DNA from: Octopus vulgaris
Taxonomy: Eukaryota
Direction of reading: 5' to 3'
Assembly (NCBI GenBank): GCA_951406725.2
Contig: OX597827.1
Span: 38,564,001-38,628,000, forward strand
Length of the DNA: 64,000 nucleotides
Position numbers and translations under genes: made by a program
Notes under the pieces: generated by a model
The model's input: the letters and a program-made list of their open reading frames with translations, nothing else
Told to the model about the DNA's origin: nothing
The model's database searches: none
Part shown: positions 1-12,659 of the stretch, piece by piece
How the letters are laid out: each line of letters opens with the position of its first letter
Numbering within the stretch: position 1 is the stretch's first letter

Positions 1-400
1 GCCATCTTCGTGAAGTGTTAGGAAATAACAGAATCCTTCTCTCTGATTGGCTGGAGCTAAAATGGATGAGTGTGAGTCTGTGAGTGTGAAGGGAAGAAGG
101 TACCTTGCCGTTGCTAGGTCAATTCCAAACAAGTAGATCCATGATGCAAGGCATACCAGCCATGACCATTACATCTTATGGAGTTGTGGTATATCCAAGA
201 TTATATTTTTCGATATGTCCTTTTATAACACGATTTAAAGAATAGCTAATTTTATTGAACATTTTGGAAGTCTAACTCCTATGTAATTATATGTAATTAT
301 ATGTAATTATTAATTTTTATTTGACTGGTTATCGATCCCGACAAAATGAAAGACGAGCAGCATAAACAACCACTAATTTAAACAGTTAACACCCAACCAC

Positions 401-1180
401 GAAAGCAAAAATTTGCACCAACGAACCGGGGCGCGGGAGAGGACTTTCGGAAAATTCACATGAAACGATTTTTTTCCTCATAATTTTTAGGAAAATGGGT
501 ATCTTTCAATGAAATTTTATGTAAATACCTTCCAAAAAGGCCTAGATTACGATTATAAAGAAATTTGTGGGGGAAATATTTTTCCGAGGGAGTGGGGAGA
601 AGACTTTCGAAGAGAAAGAAATTCATTTTTTTTTTTTTTTTTGGCTTGAGTGTAATGGAAGTAAGTTTGAAAAAAAATTTTTAATTCATTTATTTTTCGC
701 TTGAGTAATAGAAAAAGGTTTTTTTAAAAAGATCTCATGTATCATGTTGAGAGAAACAAATTCATAAATACGGTGTCGAATATGGTTTCACTATGGAAAA
801 AACTTAAGGGCGATTTAGCTGTTGTTTTTAGCACATCTCCACCGCTGGAATCTTTTTTAAAATCCTTTTGCTATTACTCAAACAAAAAGTAAATGAATCT
901 AACAATTTTTTTTTCAAACTTACTTCCATTACACTCAAAAAAAAAAAATTTATGAATTTCTTTCATCGAAAATCCTCTCCCTACACCCTCAGAAAAATTT
1001 TCCATATAAATTTCTTTATAACCGTAATCTAAGCCGTTTGAAAGGTATTTATATAAAATTCCATCCATAAAGATATCCATTTTCCTAAAAATTATAAGGG
1101 AAAAAATCGGATCTTGTGAAATTTTCAAAAGTTATCTCCTCACCCTACCCCCGGTTCGTTGGCGCAAATTTTTGTTTTCA
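401..1180. mobile_element. Foldback/MITE-like element with about 310-bp imperfect inverted arms
   Basis: 401-711 is the diverged reverse complement of 871-1180 (e.g. ttgagtgtaatggaagtaagtttgaaaaaaa versus ttttttcaaacttacttccattacactcaa), with a spacer of about 160 bp. Confidence 0.8.
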
Positions 1181-1326
1181 TATTCGCTTAATACATATTT
1201 TTTACACCCATTACGCTCTTTTTTGGTTTGTTTTGGTGGTCGGTTGTTAAAGTAAACATTAACCACTTAGACTAATGATTTTATTCGGCTACCAGGTTTT
1301 AGCAAGACTCCCCACTGTGTTAACAA

Positions 1327-2329
1327 TGTGACATACCTACAAAAGTGTGACCACCACCCATGATTTTGTTAATCTTTTATCGTTTACCCTTTACTTATTT
1401 CAGTCATTAGACTGCAGCCATGCTAGCGCATCGGCTTGAAGAGTTTTTAGTCGAATGAATCCACCCGACTCAAGTACATTTTTTTAAAGACTGGTACTTA
1501 TTCTATCGGTCACTATTGCCGGACCTCTAAGTTATGCGGACATAAACACACCAACACGGGTTGTGAAGTGGTGGGAGGGTGGAAAAACAGAAGTACAGAC
1601 ACACACGTGGGTGTGTGGGTGTGAAATTGCAAGGAGCATTTGAACGATAACTGACGGAGAATGAGCAACGTCTTGTGTGTAAATCTTCCATTTGTTCGTT
1701 TGTTGTGTTTCTGTTTAAATTTTGGAACTTATGCCAAATCTACTCGCAAAGGTTTGGTTGGATTAAGGCTATAGTAGAAGACACTTGCTCGAAAAACCAC
1801 ACAGTGGGACTGAACCTGGAAGCATGTAGTTGGGAAGCAAACTTCTTACCACACAGCTACGCCTGCGCCTCATGATTGTCAGAAAAAGATATTTTTTAGT
1901 GAAATTTTCTACAAATACGTTTCAGAACGTGTTGTTGCCGTTTATATCAGAATTTTTCGTGATTTATATCAGAATTTTTCGATATCAGTTGATTTTGTTT
2001 CCTCATAACTTTCAAAAAATGGGTATATTTTCATGAAATTGTCATCAAATATCTTTCAGATGGTGTAGATTTCGATTATATTGGAATTTAATGAAAGGGT
2101 GGAGCGGTGAAGGACTCGCACACATGCATACTGACACACAACATAACTTTTATATTCTAAGTTCCATTCTGTAGATGTTATGCGATGCATGTCAGAATGT
2201 ATGTGCGCGCATCCATCTTTTTTTTTTTTTTTTTCACATTAAATTCTGACAATAATCGTAATCTACCCCATCTGGAAGGCATTTGTGGAAATTTTCATTA
2301 AAAATTACGACTTTTGTAGGTATGTCACA
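1327..2329. mobile_element. MITE with 19-bp terminal inverted repeats, interrupted by a SINE; related copy at about 10050-10420
   Basis: tgtgacatacctacaaaag (1327-1345) and cttttgtaggtatgtcaca (2311-2329). Internal inverted subrepeats at about 2000-2093 and 2235-2305 resemble those at about 10070-10400 and 470-570. Confidence 0.6.
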
Positions 2330-2649
2330 ATGCATATTGTTCCTAACATCAAACGAAGCAGGCAAGCTCAGCGCAACTTCGCAGCTAAAAGCAGATGTCT
2401 GCAGAGAAAAATAAATAAATAAATATGCGGTTCTAATGGCTGTGGTTAAGTATTTTTCAATGAAATAAATTAGTAGAAATATAAATAAAGCATCCTACTT
2501 CACCACAGAAAGTAGCTATTCCATTTATCGAATTTGTAATGCCTGTTGTTTGTGTATACGTTAATCACTTCATACGACGTTGACACATAAATTAAAGCTT
2601 CTGACTTGTGTAAATAGCTATTTTGTAAATCAGTGTTGTTATTAATTTG

Positions 2650-3230
2650 GTGGTTGTGGCGAAAGAGGTTGTGTGGTAGACTGAAGTGAAAACTTTGTAG
2701 ATAGCCATTTGCCTATCGGGCCAAGCTCTCATCTACGTTTCCATGTACAATTTGAAGAAGATACGGATAGAGAAGGAGAAAGGGATGCTGTCGGGTCTTG
2801 TTAAATTTCTTCCAACCTCTTGAAGTATTTCAAATGGAAGATATTTAACAAGACCCATACAACCTTTAAATAAATATGCTCATCGAAAGGTGGTTGACAC
2901 TCGCAAGGCTGGTGAGTTTAAATGGGCCTGTTCTGAATATGGCTTTTTTAAGTAGAAGGAAAGGTGAGGACAATTTTTATGCCTTTGAAATAGCGGAGTA
3001 ACTCGGACCTTTCCATGTGGGGCTGTGGAGTTTTCTACGAATTACTCAACGTGAACTGTCCTGCAACTTTTCTTGTAGAAATTTTTGTTCGCATTTTGTT
3101 TTAAATATTTTGTTACATTTTTGTTTTCATTTCTTTTTGATCGGAGCGTTGTATTTCGTTCTTTTACATTGTCTTCGATGTCTTGCGCTCTAGTGGCCAA
3201 TAAAAGAAATCATCATCATCATCATCATTG
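2650..3230 (+). mobile_element. Degenerate 3' end of Tx1/L1-like LINE
   Basis: ggcgaaagaggttgtgtggt resembles 4429-4448. Ends in aataaaagaaa plus (ATC)n, like the end of the copy near 4945. Confidence 0.5.
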
Positions 3231-3539
3231 AATGATGCAAACGAAGACATGCCAGACCGAAAAGAGGCGGGATATGCACAACTGGAATGCCTGTCATCAT
3301 CATTTTGCTCGATAAGGGTTGTACAGAGATAAGTGAGGAAGGATTGTTGTCAGGGTGTAAGCTGTAACAATTAAGTAAGTACTCAATAGAATAGTTTCTT
3401 GAGCTTAAGAAATTACTCTATTAAGTATTTGAAAGGACAGGTAACGAATGAATGACCCCTTTAACACACCACACGGTCGCTTACAATAAAAGCAAAAATG
3501 GGATAAATGAATGAGGGCCAGAAAGGAAAAGGAAGACGA

Positions 3540-4955
3540 CACAACCGTAGAATGTTAGGCATGCCGAGGATTTTGATGCGCAGTACGCGCTCAGGTTGTG
3601 CCACCTGCAATGATGATTTCTAGGTGAACGTGTGTGGGCTCCGTTTGTGAGGCACGTCTTTCCGCAACTCGTCTCTTTGAAAGACCTGCAGTCCTGGGTG
3701 AAGAATAGGACAAGGACTGGGCGCCTGGCACTTAGGATGTCGTCAGGTGCTCACCGTCCTCTACCAGTCGGGCAATAGGATCAGTGGATGTTCCACTTTT
3801 GCTAGATTTAGAGGATTAGTGGCGGGGGAGTGCGACAACGTCCTAGGGGAGACTCTGGGCATCGACGAATACGAACTGGCTAGTCTGTTCCGGAGGACTT
3901 TTCGGTCGGGGACTATTATGGATAATTTCCAGGTGTCATTGGCTTTTCATTGCTACTGGTTCAAGATATATTTCTTTACTACCCACAAGGGGCTAAACAC
4001 AGAGAGGACAGACAAACGGGTTAAGCCGATTACATCGACCCCAGTGCGTAACTGGTACTTAATTTACCGACCCCGAAAGGATGAAAGGCAAAGTGGACCT
4101 CGGCGGAATTTGAACCCAGAACGTAACGGCAGACGAAATACAGCTACTCATTTCGCCTGGCGTGCTAACATTTCTGCCAGCTCTCAAGATAGACATTACA
4201 GATACGGATGTACTGTCAGACAGGCTTATCCGAGGTGCGCACAGAATGACAAAACCGTTTTGCCTGCACTCGTTCGATGTCCGGACATTGCTGACTTGTA
4301 GAGTTATGTCGAATAGCTGCTGCCGCGTGTGGGACGGATCCGCCTGCCATCCGAGTCCAAAGTGAGGATTGCCCCGCTGCACTCCTTTAATCGAGCAGGC
4401 AAGCAGTTTTCCTTTGCCTGATGGCTTTGGCGAAAGAGGTTGTCTGGTGGCCAAGGCTGAAAGAGATGAAGACATAGATATTCCTTTTTGGTAACTCCCC
4501 ACTCGACTTTTTCAAGTTTCATTTGTAAAGGACAGTGAAGGTGGAGAGGGTGGTGCTGTCCTCGGGTGAATTTATCAAAAGGTGGGTGAAAGTTGCGAAA
4601 ATGGCAAGAGTGGATGATAGCATTCTAAGTGTAGACCTGTGAGTCGGAGGAAAGAAGTCGGGAAGGGCACTTCTCCTTGGTATTCAGGTTGATCTTGTAT
4701 GGTGGGATTCTTCGATTATTCCTAGAAGTCCTCCTATATCAGGAGGACCCCATCACTAATACCTTTTTTTCCATTCTTCTTCTTCTTAGTGCTATATACT
4801 ATGTATACTTCCCATTTTTTAAATGTATACCGTGTGTACTTACATTTTTAGTTTCTTTTTTTCTATCATTCCATTATGTGTAAACCCCAACACTTTATAT
4901 GTTTCTCTTTGTATTGTCCCCTCATCCTTCGCCCTGATAGCAAATAAAAGAAAGC
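3540..4955 (+). mobile_element. 5'-truncated Tx1/L1-like LINE ORF2 C-terminus, pseudogenised and split by a SINE
   Basis: Translates to NFQVSLAFHCY...YPRCAQNDKTVLPALVRCP, a decayed CxxC...ETxxHxxxxC zinc knuckle typical downstream of RT. Contains stops and ends in aataaaagaaa. Confidence 0.65.
3969..4183 (-). mobile_element. tRNA-derived SINE with Deu/Nin-like central domain and 8-bp TSD
   Basis: tcaagata is duplicated at 3961-3968 and 4184-4191. Minus strand reads gagctggcagaa...ggttcaaattcc (A/B boxes) and ctttgcctttcatcctttcggggtcggtaaattaagtacc. Confidence 0.85.
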
Positions 4956-5154
4956 CTTATTGTGGTTGTTGCTGTTGTTGTTATATACTCTATTAATTCT
5001 AAACAATTTGCTGAATAAAATTCCAGTTACCTCAACGGTGTGAAAACATGCTTCTGACAACATTTATATTCAACAACAGTTTTCTTGCCAACAATGGAAC
5101 AATAGCTATGTAAATGTTAGCAAAAGGAATGCATTTGTTGATGTGTGTACGTGC

Positions 5155-5213
<59 letters not shown>

Positions 5214-5863
5214 CGAGCGCGTATGTCTGCCAATGTATATGTAATAGTTTGCATGCAAGGTCACAAGACAGTGTAAATATATTTGTATGTCTTGTCTCTT
5301 GATGCCTGTGCACAATGAATGATGCATATATGTGTGTTAACCTCTTTGTTACATGTACTCGTTTAATGGTGTGTGTGTGTGTGTCTTGTGAATACAATGA
5401 ATGTACGTTGTGATGTGCCTAATGTATTTAATATGTAATGCATTGTTGTTGCCATAGTGTTCATCTCCGTTGATGATGTTGATCTCCAGCTCAGCCCTTA
5501 TTTGAACGAAAAGCTATGACACCTATCTTGTTGGGAGAAAGACTGGGAGCGATTCACAGATCGACTGTTTCAAACGTATCTTTCCAAACTCCACATCCAC
5601 CCATCTAGAGATACAAGTGGATGAATACGGAAAGGCTTCCAACATTGCAATGGATTTAGAAAGGCTTGCAAAACTTCTGAATAACTCCGGCAGTTTCTGC
5701 ATGGAGCTAAGCCCCTCTGATGTTCTTTCTTTATCGTAATAAGCTTATAGAGAACAACCTGCTCTCTATAACACGCGCAGCTTCATCGTATCCGAATGCA
5801 GTGCGGAAGATCGAGTATATGACGTCTTTTCCGACAGCCCGGTTGTTTTTTTTTTACTTTTTC

Positions 5864-5930
<67 letters not shown>

Positions 5931-5934
5931 TAGA

Positions 5935-6210
5935 ACTCGCTATAACAACCACAACTCCTCCTTCAACATCCCGGAGAGACGTAACGCCACAATCCTGGCC
6001 AAGCACGTTTGGTCTTTGAAAGAAAGCGCCACCGAGTACAACATAAAGTGGAAGATCCTAGAGTAGTGTAAACCGTACTTCAATAGTAGCTGGAAGTGCA
6101 GGTTATGCCTGGCTGAGAAAAGAGCGATTTTAAAGAGCACCCAGCGCCCAGGCATTTACCTAAATAGTAGAAGTGAAATTTTTAATCCTTGCCCACACGA
6201 AAGGAAGTAT
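5935..6210 (+). mobile_element. Penelope-like element fragment, C-terminal part of GIY-YIG endonuclease
   Basis: TRYNNHNSSF...ILAKHVWSLKE...YNIKWKILE*CKPY...CRLCLAEKRAIL...LNSRSEIFNPCPHERK, with an in-frame TAG at 6064-6066. Confidence 0.8.
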
Positions 6211-6634
6211 CCTATCATACCTTTGTACCCTATCATGACTATGATTACGAGTCCCCCAACTTCGGCCCTCTACCAATACCTTGGAGCGACCAATTTCACT
6301 GGAGATGGCACGTTGAGAAAGATCTTGATCTGGAGTTCTACAATTATACCACGTCAACATTTTAGCTTTACCCATTATTGTTGTGAAATAAACAGGAAGT
6401 AACTGGCAATTGTTGATACAGAGAAAGCTTGAACATAAACGCCTGAATTTTTATAGCTTATATTATTTTAGCAACTTTAAAGGGATTTCTTTTGTGTTAT
6501 AAACCATTTACCATTTTTGTGGTGCCTCCCTTTCCCTTGAAGAACGTGCTTATTTTGCTAAACGGTTAACCCAGCGCTGGGCAGGATGTATGATCCAGGG
6601 CATACATCCTTAATATTACAGCAGAGGTAGTGAT

Positions 6635-6760
6635 TGTCCCCGAAAGGATGAAAGGCAAAATCGACCTCGGGGGAATTTGAACTCAGAACGTAAAGACGGA
6701 CGAAATGACGCTCAGCATTTTGCCTGGCGTCTTAACGATTCTGCTAGTTCGCCACCTTAC
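6635..6760 (-). mobile_element. Deu/Nin-like tRNA-SINE copy. Further copies at about 15508-15910 (tandem), 28360-28720, 29400-29590, 36300-36510, 37340-37740, 38590-38810, 46540-46750, 55000-55206, 57280-57420 and 60110-60260
   Basis: Shared ccccgaaaggatgaaaggcaaa...gaatttgaactcagaacgt block. Confidence 0.8.
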
Positions 6761-9104
6761 ACCTATCGAAATATTACCTTCACTTTTTTAGTAGTGCCTT
6801 AGGGTGAACTATATCTCATGCATCTAGCTTCTCGAAAAAGGTTGCTCAATTTGTGTACGATAATGCTTATGAGGATGCCGAGCTCTTCAAGCGCCTCAGC
6901 CTCTCGATCATCTGCATTAATGAGTATTTTAGGTTGCCTCGAAAATGTTTTAGAAGGAACCCCGTTGTCTCCTTGTACGAAGCGTAATTCAGGGTTGTGT
7001 CTATTATTTTGTTTATTGATTTCTTATTCATATTTTTACCTTCATTTTTTTTTTTTTACTATTTTCAGTTTACTTTTTGTAAATTGTGCTTTTTTATTCA
7101 TTAAATTATGTCAATTCATATATTAAATCGGAAAACAATACCAAAAATATAAACACACAGACACACGTAGAAAATAAATATATAAATATACAGACAACAC
7201 ACACACGGGTTCCTTGAAACGGACTCGAATATAAGCATGATGCAAATATTAAATATAATATGGCACATAATGACCTGGACACACAGACCTCGCCTCCCTT
7301 CTTCACATGTACACATACATACATATACACACCAACACTCGTATGCACACTGACCAAGGATATACACCAAAATAAATCGTCTACGCGGCATTACAATTAT
7401 CTCCCCTTACTACACTCTCTTCTCTCCATAACCACACACATATACAATTATAGGTACATACACTCACTCACACACACACACACACACTCACGCACATGCA
7501 CATATATATATACATATAGACAAACCAGATTAGCCAATATTTTTATTAGAAAATCTCTGTCTTGTCAATTAAGTTTAAATGTGACAACAATATCTTGACC
7601 TTTACCGTCTCCCTGGCAAACATTTTATTTACAATTTAAATTACTATCTATATTATATTTTCAAATTTACTTCCGTCCTATTAAGCAATCGAACGTGTGC
7701 ATTCAGGAAGACGAAGGAGTATACACAAGACAGACATTTACATATATGTAAATTTCGCTGAACGCAAACTCACACATGTAAATATAAAAAGCTAGCTATA
7801 TAACTATACAAGGCTTCTCACACGTATAGAAGGAAAGAAAGGGATATGTGTACATAAGGGCAGAACTTGACTAGTTATGTTAAACTCTGCATCTTTTCCA
7901 CAAGTGTCCCCTCACTTGTGCCAAGTGTTTATACTGTTGCTGTGGTCCCTGATCTACCAGGTTAGTAAATGAAAAAAAAAAAAATCACCTTGTCTGGTTC
8001 ACTTTTCGTTTATCATTGCCTTACGAACCCGTACACACCACATACTATATATTCATTTACTCACACATACATATTATTTTGGTCGGGTCAGTCTCTTGTT
8101 GCTATGGGTTTCGTTTGTAGGAGGGTGCACAGGAGCCTTCGGACAAGTTGTGACTTGCCCCTAGACCCTGTGCACCCACTGGCAAACCTTAGAATAATAA
8201 GAGACTAACTCGATCAAAATAATATTTATCTCTACTATGGTATTAATACATTTTTTCCGACAGTCAACACTAAACGATATATTGCTATATAATATAGCAA
8301 TATAAGTCTCTTGACACTCTTAGTTCCTGTTCAGTGATGATTGTATTTTTCCTTTATGGTATCACATTGCGCCTACACATACCTACATACAGGGTCGTTA
8401 TGAAATCTGTGCAGTTTTATTCCTTTTGATTTTATATAAAGTGGGATTATTGTGTAAAATTCAATACTGGAAAAAAGATAGTATTTACAAAATTTCCAGC
8501 ATGTCCGTCGTCTTTATGTATATTAGTTATCCTAGCCTACAAGTCTGGCCAAGTGAGCTGTTGTCTTTACGTGTCCCCCAGAAAGTAATGTTTTTACAAT
8601 TAATTATTATTTTTTTTTAATAAGTGTTCGTTGCCGATTCGGTATTATTTGATCCTTTCAACCGCGCGATTTTCACTAAGAAAAAAAACCCCGGATTTTT
8701 TGCGTGGAATCCAGTACCCTGACCTAATATGCTGCAAACCCCTTAATTTTGTTAAGAAAAAAGTGGGGTGGGAAACCAGACCCCCACCCTATAATTTACC
8801 AAAGATTCTATCACATATAGAACTAAATCTATATAAATTTAGAATTACTCTATGATCCTGTATTATGACTGTGTGTGTGCGCACACTCATATTCCTTTTG
8901 TCAGCTCGAAGGGTCATAGGATGGAGTGAATCATAAGCTTCGAATAGAAAAAAAAAACGGTAAAACTACATCTATCAAGTAATAGTTTCTATATTCACAC
9001 ATATACAGTATGTGTGTGTATTTATTAATGTTCAGTTATATAAACAATTTTACATTAATCTGTTTTAGAGAATACAAATCTATTCTTATACAAGAATGTT
9101 GTTG

Positions 9105-9149
9105 ACAGTGGCTTCGAAGTTCCGGCCAGCTAAGCCATCGTCAGACTAT
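9105..9149 (-). ncRNA. Degenerate minimal type I hammerhead ribozyme motif
   Basis: Minus strand reads ATAGT-CTGACGA-T-GGC-ttagctg-GCC-GGAA-CTTCGAAG-CC-ACTGT. Stems I and II and a palindromic stem III pair. Two core substitutions: GAAA to GGAA and GUC to GCC. Confidence 0.45.
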
Positions 9150-9170
9150 TTCATATATATATATATATAT

Positions 9171-9401
9171 ATATGTTTGTATGAGTATACTATTTCATTG
9201 TACGTAGGCTGTTCATGTGTGTGTGTGTGTATATATATATTAGCTAGATAGAGTGGGTGCCGTCCCCGGACTCCACAAAAACATATTGCCTACAGGCACA
9301 CACTCTAGCTAGCTAGCTAATATATATATATATATATATACATACACACACATAGGTGAACAGCCTACGTACAATGAAATAGTATACTCATACAAACATA
9401 T
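9171..9401. repeat. Local inverted duplication (hairpin) with 45-bp perfect outer arms
   Basis: atatgtttgtatgagtatactatttcattgtacgtaggctgttca (9171-9215) is the reverse complement of 9357-9401. Pairing continues inward through microsatellites to about 9260/9295. Confidence 0.9.
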
Positions 9402-10438
9402 CTGACCTAATAGTAAACATACTATAGACAAAAAAAAAAAATGCACACATACAGGTTTAGTATGACAACTTGATTACATTGTTACCACGTATGTATGTGT
9501 GTATGTATACATTCACACAGATCTGATTTAGTTTGACGAATGAATGTATAAAGTAGATACGAAGAAATTTGATTCTTTTCTATAGTATAAATTACCCACT
9601 TATATCTAAACTTTACAACTCCCAAGTATTGTGACAGTTCAGTTTCAGTTTTTCTTGTTATTTTGCAATTTTATTTTATTATATCTTTTTTTAATTTAAA
9701 ATTTTTTTTCTGACCAACAGATCTGTAAAAGAAGGGTGTGGAATTGTGTGAGTTGAGTGGTGTGTGATCAGAGAGATTGTGTGGTGGTGACGTTCATGCC
9801 TTTCTCAAGGACAACAAACTACGTCGCATAAAATGACTTTGGGGTTCATTGTTTGTTTGTTTAGATTTCGTTAGAGAGAGAGAGAGAGACTCGGAAATGT
9901 GCTTCTTTTTTGTTGTGGTTGTCCAGATCAACCTTGATCAGTAGAAAAAAAAAACTATGATCAAAAGTATTCCAGTCACAATCGTCTCGTCTTTTTCTAG
10001 GAATATGTAGGACGTATATTGTCTAATGGGCATAATTACTTAAGTGTGCCACTTCCTCACCGACTTTGTTTCCTCATAACTTTAATATAAATGTATATCT
10101 TTTAATGAATTTTTCTTCAAATACCTTTCAGATAGTATAGATTACGATTATTTTGAGATTTATTGTGTGGTGGGAGAATTGGTGGCCGTGCACATATACT
10201 GATACATATGTATATAGCTGCGAAATGAAACTCGAAAGTTTGAACAAAATTATGCGCGCCCTTCAATTATTCGATTTTATTTTACATTAAATTCTGGATA
10301 TAATTGTAATCTACACCACCTGAAAGGTATTTGTAGAAAATTTCATTAAAAAAATATCCATTTTCTGGAAGGTGTGAAGAAACGAAGTCCGTGAGGGCAC
10401 GTATGCGTAGGTATGTCATCTAATATTGTTTGTATTTT

Positions 10439-10697
10439 AAGGGGTTCTCAACCATTTTTTTTTTTTACCCATATACCCCATTGATTCCTATTTTATTAGG
10501 ATAAACCCTCATAGCCATCGATGTTTAAAAATCCTATTTTTGTTTTGTTATGAAATATTATTAGAAATTGTATCTTAAAAATTGGTAAAATATTTTTTGT
10601 ATTGTAGAAGTATAACTAATTTATCGCTCGTAATTTTTAACAACAAAATCTTATATGGATCCCGAAAGGTCACGTGGACCCCGGTTGAGAACCAGTG
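10439..10697. mobile_element. hAT (Charlie-like) MITE
   Basis: ggggttctcaacc...ggttgagaaccagtg termini; same family as 47935-48271 and 62466-62711. Confidence 0.75.
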
Positions 10698-11097
10698 TTT
10701 TAGATAGTATGTTTGTGGTTTGGGTTAGAGATTTTCTAGCTAGCTTTTCAACCACTTAATTACTTCCTGGACTCTTTTTGCGGCCACAGAAATAAACAAG
10801 ATGGACAGTCTCAAGTGTAACAGATACTGTTTCTCTGCATTCAGTTAGTATTTGCTTTGAGAGGAATAATTATAATTCATGATGACTAGAATTCAGATTT
10901 GACTTTAAAAAAGTTTGTTCAGTAACAAAAGAAATAACGATTTATTGGTTTTATGCCAGTTTCGGGGTTTGGGTTTGTTTGCATAGAAAATACCAAAAAA
11001 ATGCTATAAAGAGAAATTGAAACTGAACAATTAGTTAGAAATTCTGTGCGTTTTCACATACGTGGTATGTTGTTAATTGTCAAGCTAAACTAAATTA

Positions 11098-11884
11098 GGA
11101 TCTTTTCCTTTTGAACGGCAGTTTTCAACACAATTTCTAGTTAACTAAACACTTTTAAACTTCGTATACTGGTAGAATGTGTTTATAAAACAATTTTTTC
11201 TTGGCTTTATTGAGAAAATTCTATATGTTGTAACATATTTCGACTTTAATTTCGAGCATTTCGGCAATTTTAACCAATCGCTGACCTCCATTGGCGTAAA
11301 CAACATTCCGTGCTGTATGAATATGTCCCTCGTTTAAGAAACAGATTGGGTTTATTTACATTTGCGAAGAAAAAAAAGATACCCTTCCCCCACCCTAACA
11401 CTAACCATAACTCTAACCCTAACCCTAAAATAGATTGAAATACAATAGATCGATACTAGGGTTATAATTATGGGTAACAATTTCATTTGACACCGCTAGA
11501 AAAAAATCCCATTTCCGTAGCGGTGTCGTATGAAATTGTCACCCATAATTATAACCCTAGTATCGATCTATTACATTTCAATCTATTTTAGGGTTAGGGT
11601 ATCTTTTTTTCTTCGCAAATGTAAATAAACCCAATCTGTTTCTTAAACGAGGGACATATTCATACAGCACGGAATGTTGTTTACATCAATGGAGGTCAGC
11701 GTTTGGTTAAAATTGCCGAAATGCTCGAAATTAAAGTCAAAATATGTTACAACATATAGAATTTTCTCAATAAAGCCAAGAAAAAATGATGTTTTATAAA
11801 CACATTCTACCAGTATACGAAGTCTAAAAGTGTTTAGTTAACTAGAAATTGTGTTGAAAACTGCCATTCAAAAGGAAAAGATCC
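11098..11884. mobile_element. Near-perfect foldback DNA transposon with GGATC termini, 8-bp TSD and internal TAACCC/TTAGGG repeats
   Basis: Arms 11098-~11498 and ~11518-11884 are reverse complements, apart from an indel in the TAACCC tract. Flanks are ctaaatta (11090-11097) and ctaactta (11885-11892). Confidence 0.9.
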
Positions 11885-12659
11885 CTAACTTAGTATGTAA
11901 GTATATGTGTATGTTCGTGTATGTATATACATAATACAATGCATTCAGTTGTCATGCTAACCTAGATGTGTACAGATATGCGTTTTTCTGTGGTTTAGTA
12001 TATTTACTATTTTGTGATACGTTTGTAGGAAACGGCTATGTACAGACTGACCGGTCATAAAACGTGTGCATGTATTGCTTACTGTCGAAGGAATGAAGAT
12101 AGAGTGCTTGTAAACATGTAGAGGATATGGAATCTTACTATAATTGGCCTTATGTCCGTTTGTTCGTGACCTTTTCACGGCCAAACGACTGGTCACACTT
12201 GCACGAAACTTGTCAGTCTTACTAAGAACGTCTCGAGAATGGTTTATATCATATTTTAAAAATTTTATTGGAAAGACTTGTTACACTGCTTCGATTCGTA
12301 CGAAACCAAGGAAGCCATTTCCGTAAAAGATTTATTTCTTTCCTTTCTCTGTGTGTGGCAGGAAAGGGACATCGTTCGACAGGAAGTGTGTTGATAGGTG
12401 TGCGACAGAAAGTGACACAGAGAGAGACAGACAGACAGAAAGAGTAAAAGACTGTGTGCGCGTTTCTTTTAACCCCATCAACACACTTCCTCTACAACGA
12501 TGTCGATTTGGTACAGTACTCAGGAGAAAAAAAAAATAAATAGTGACAGACACAGAATGAAAGACAAACACAGACATACACAAAGAGAAACAGAGAGAAA
12601 GACAGTGTCTGTGTCCGGTTATTTTAACCCCATCAACACACTTCCTGTACAACAATGTC

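Noticed and set aside
11392-11599. True telomere or chromosome-fusion scar (inverted TAACCC/TTAGGG)
   Set aside because: There are only a few degenerate units, and their inversion is explained by the arms of a TSD-flanked foldback element.
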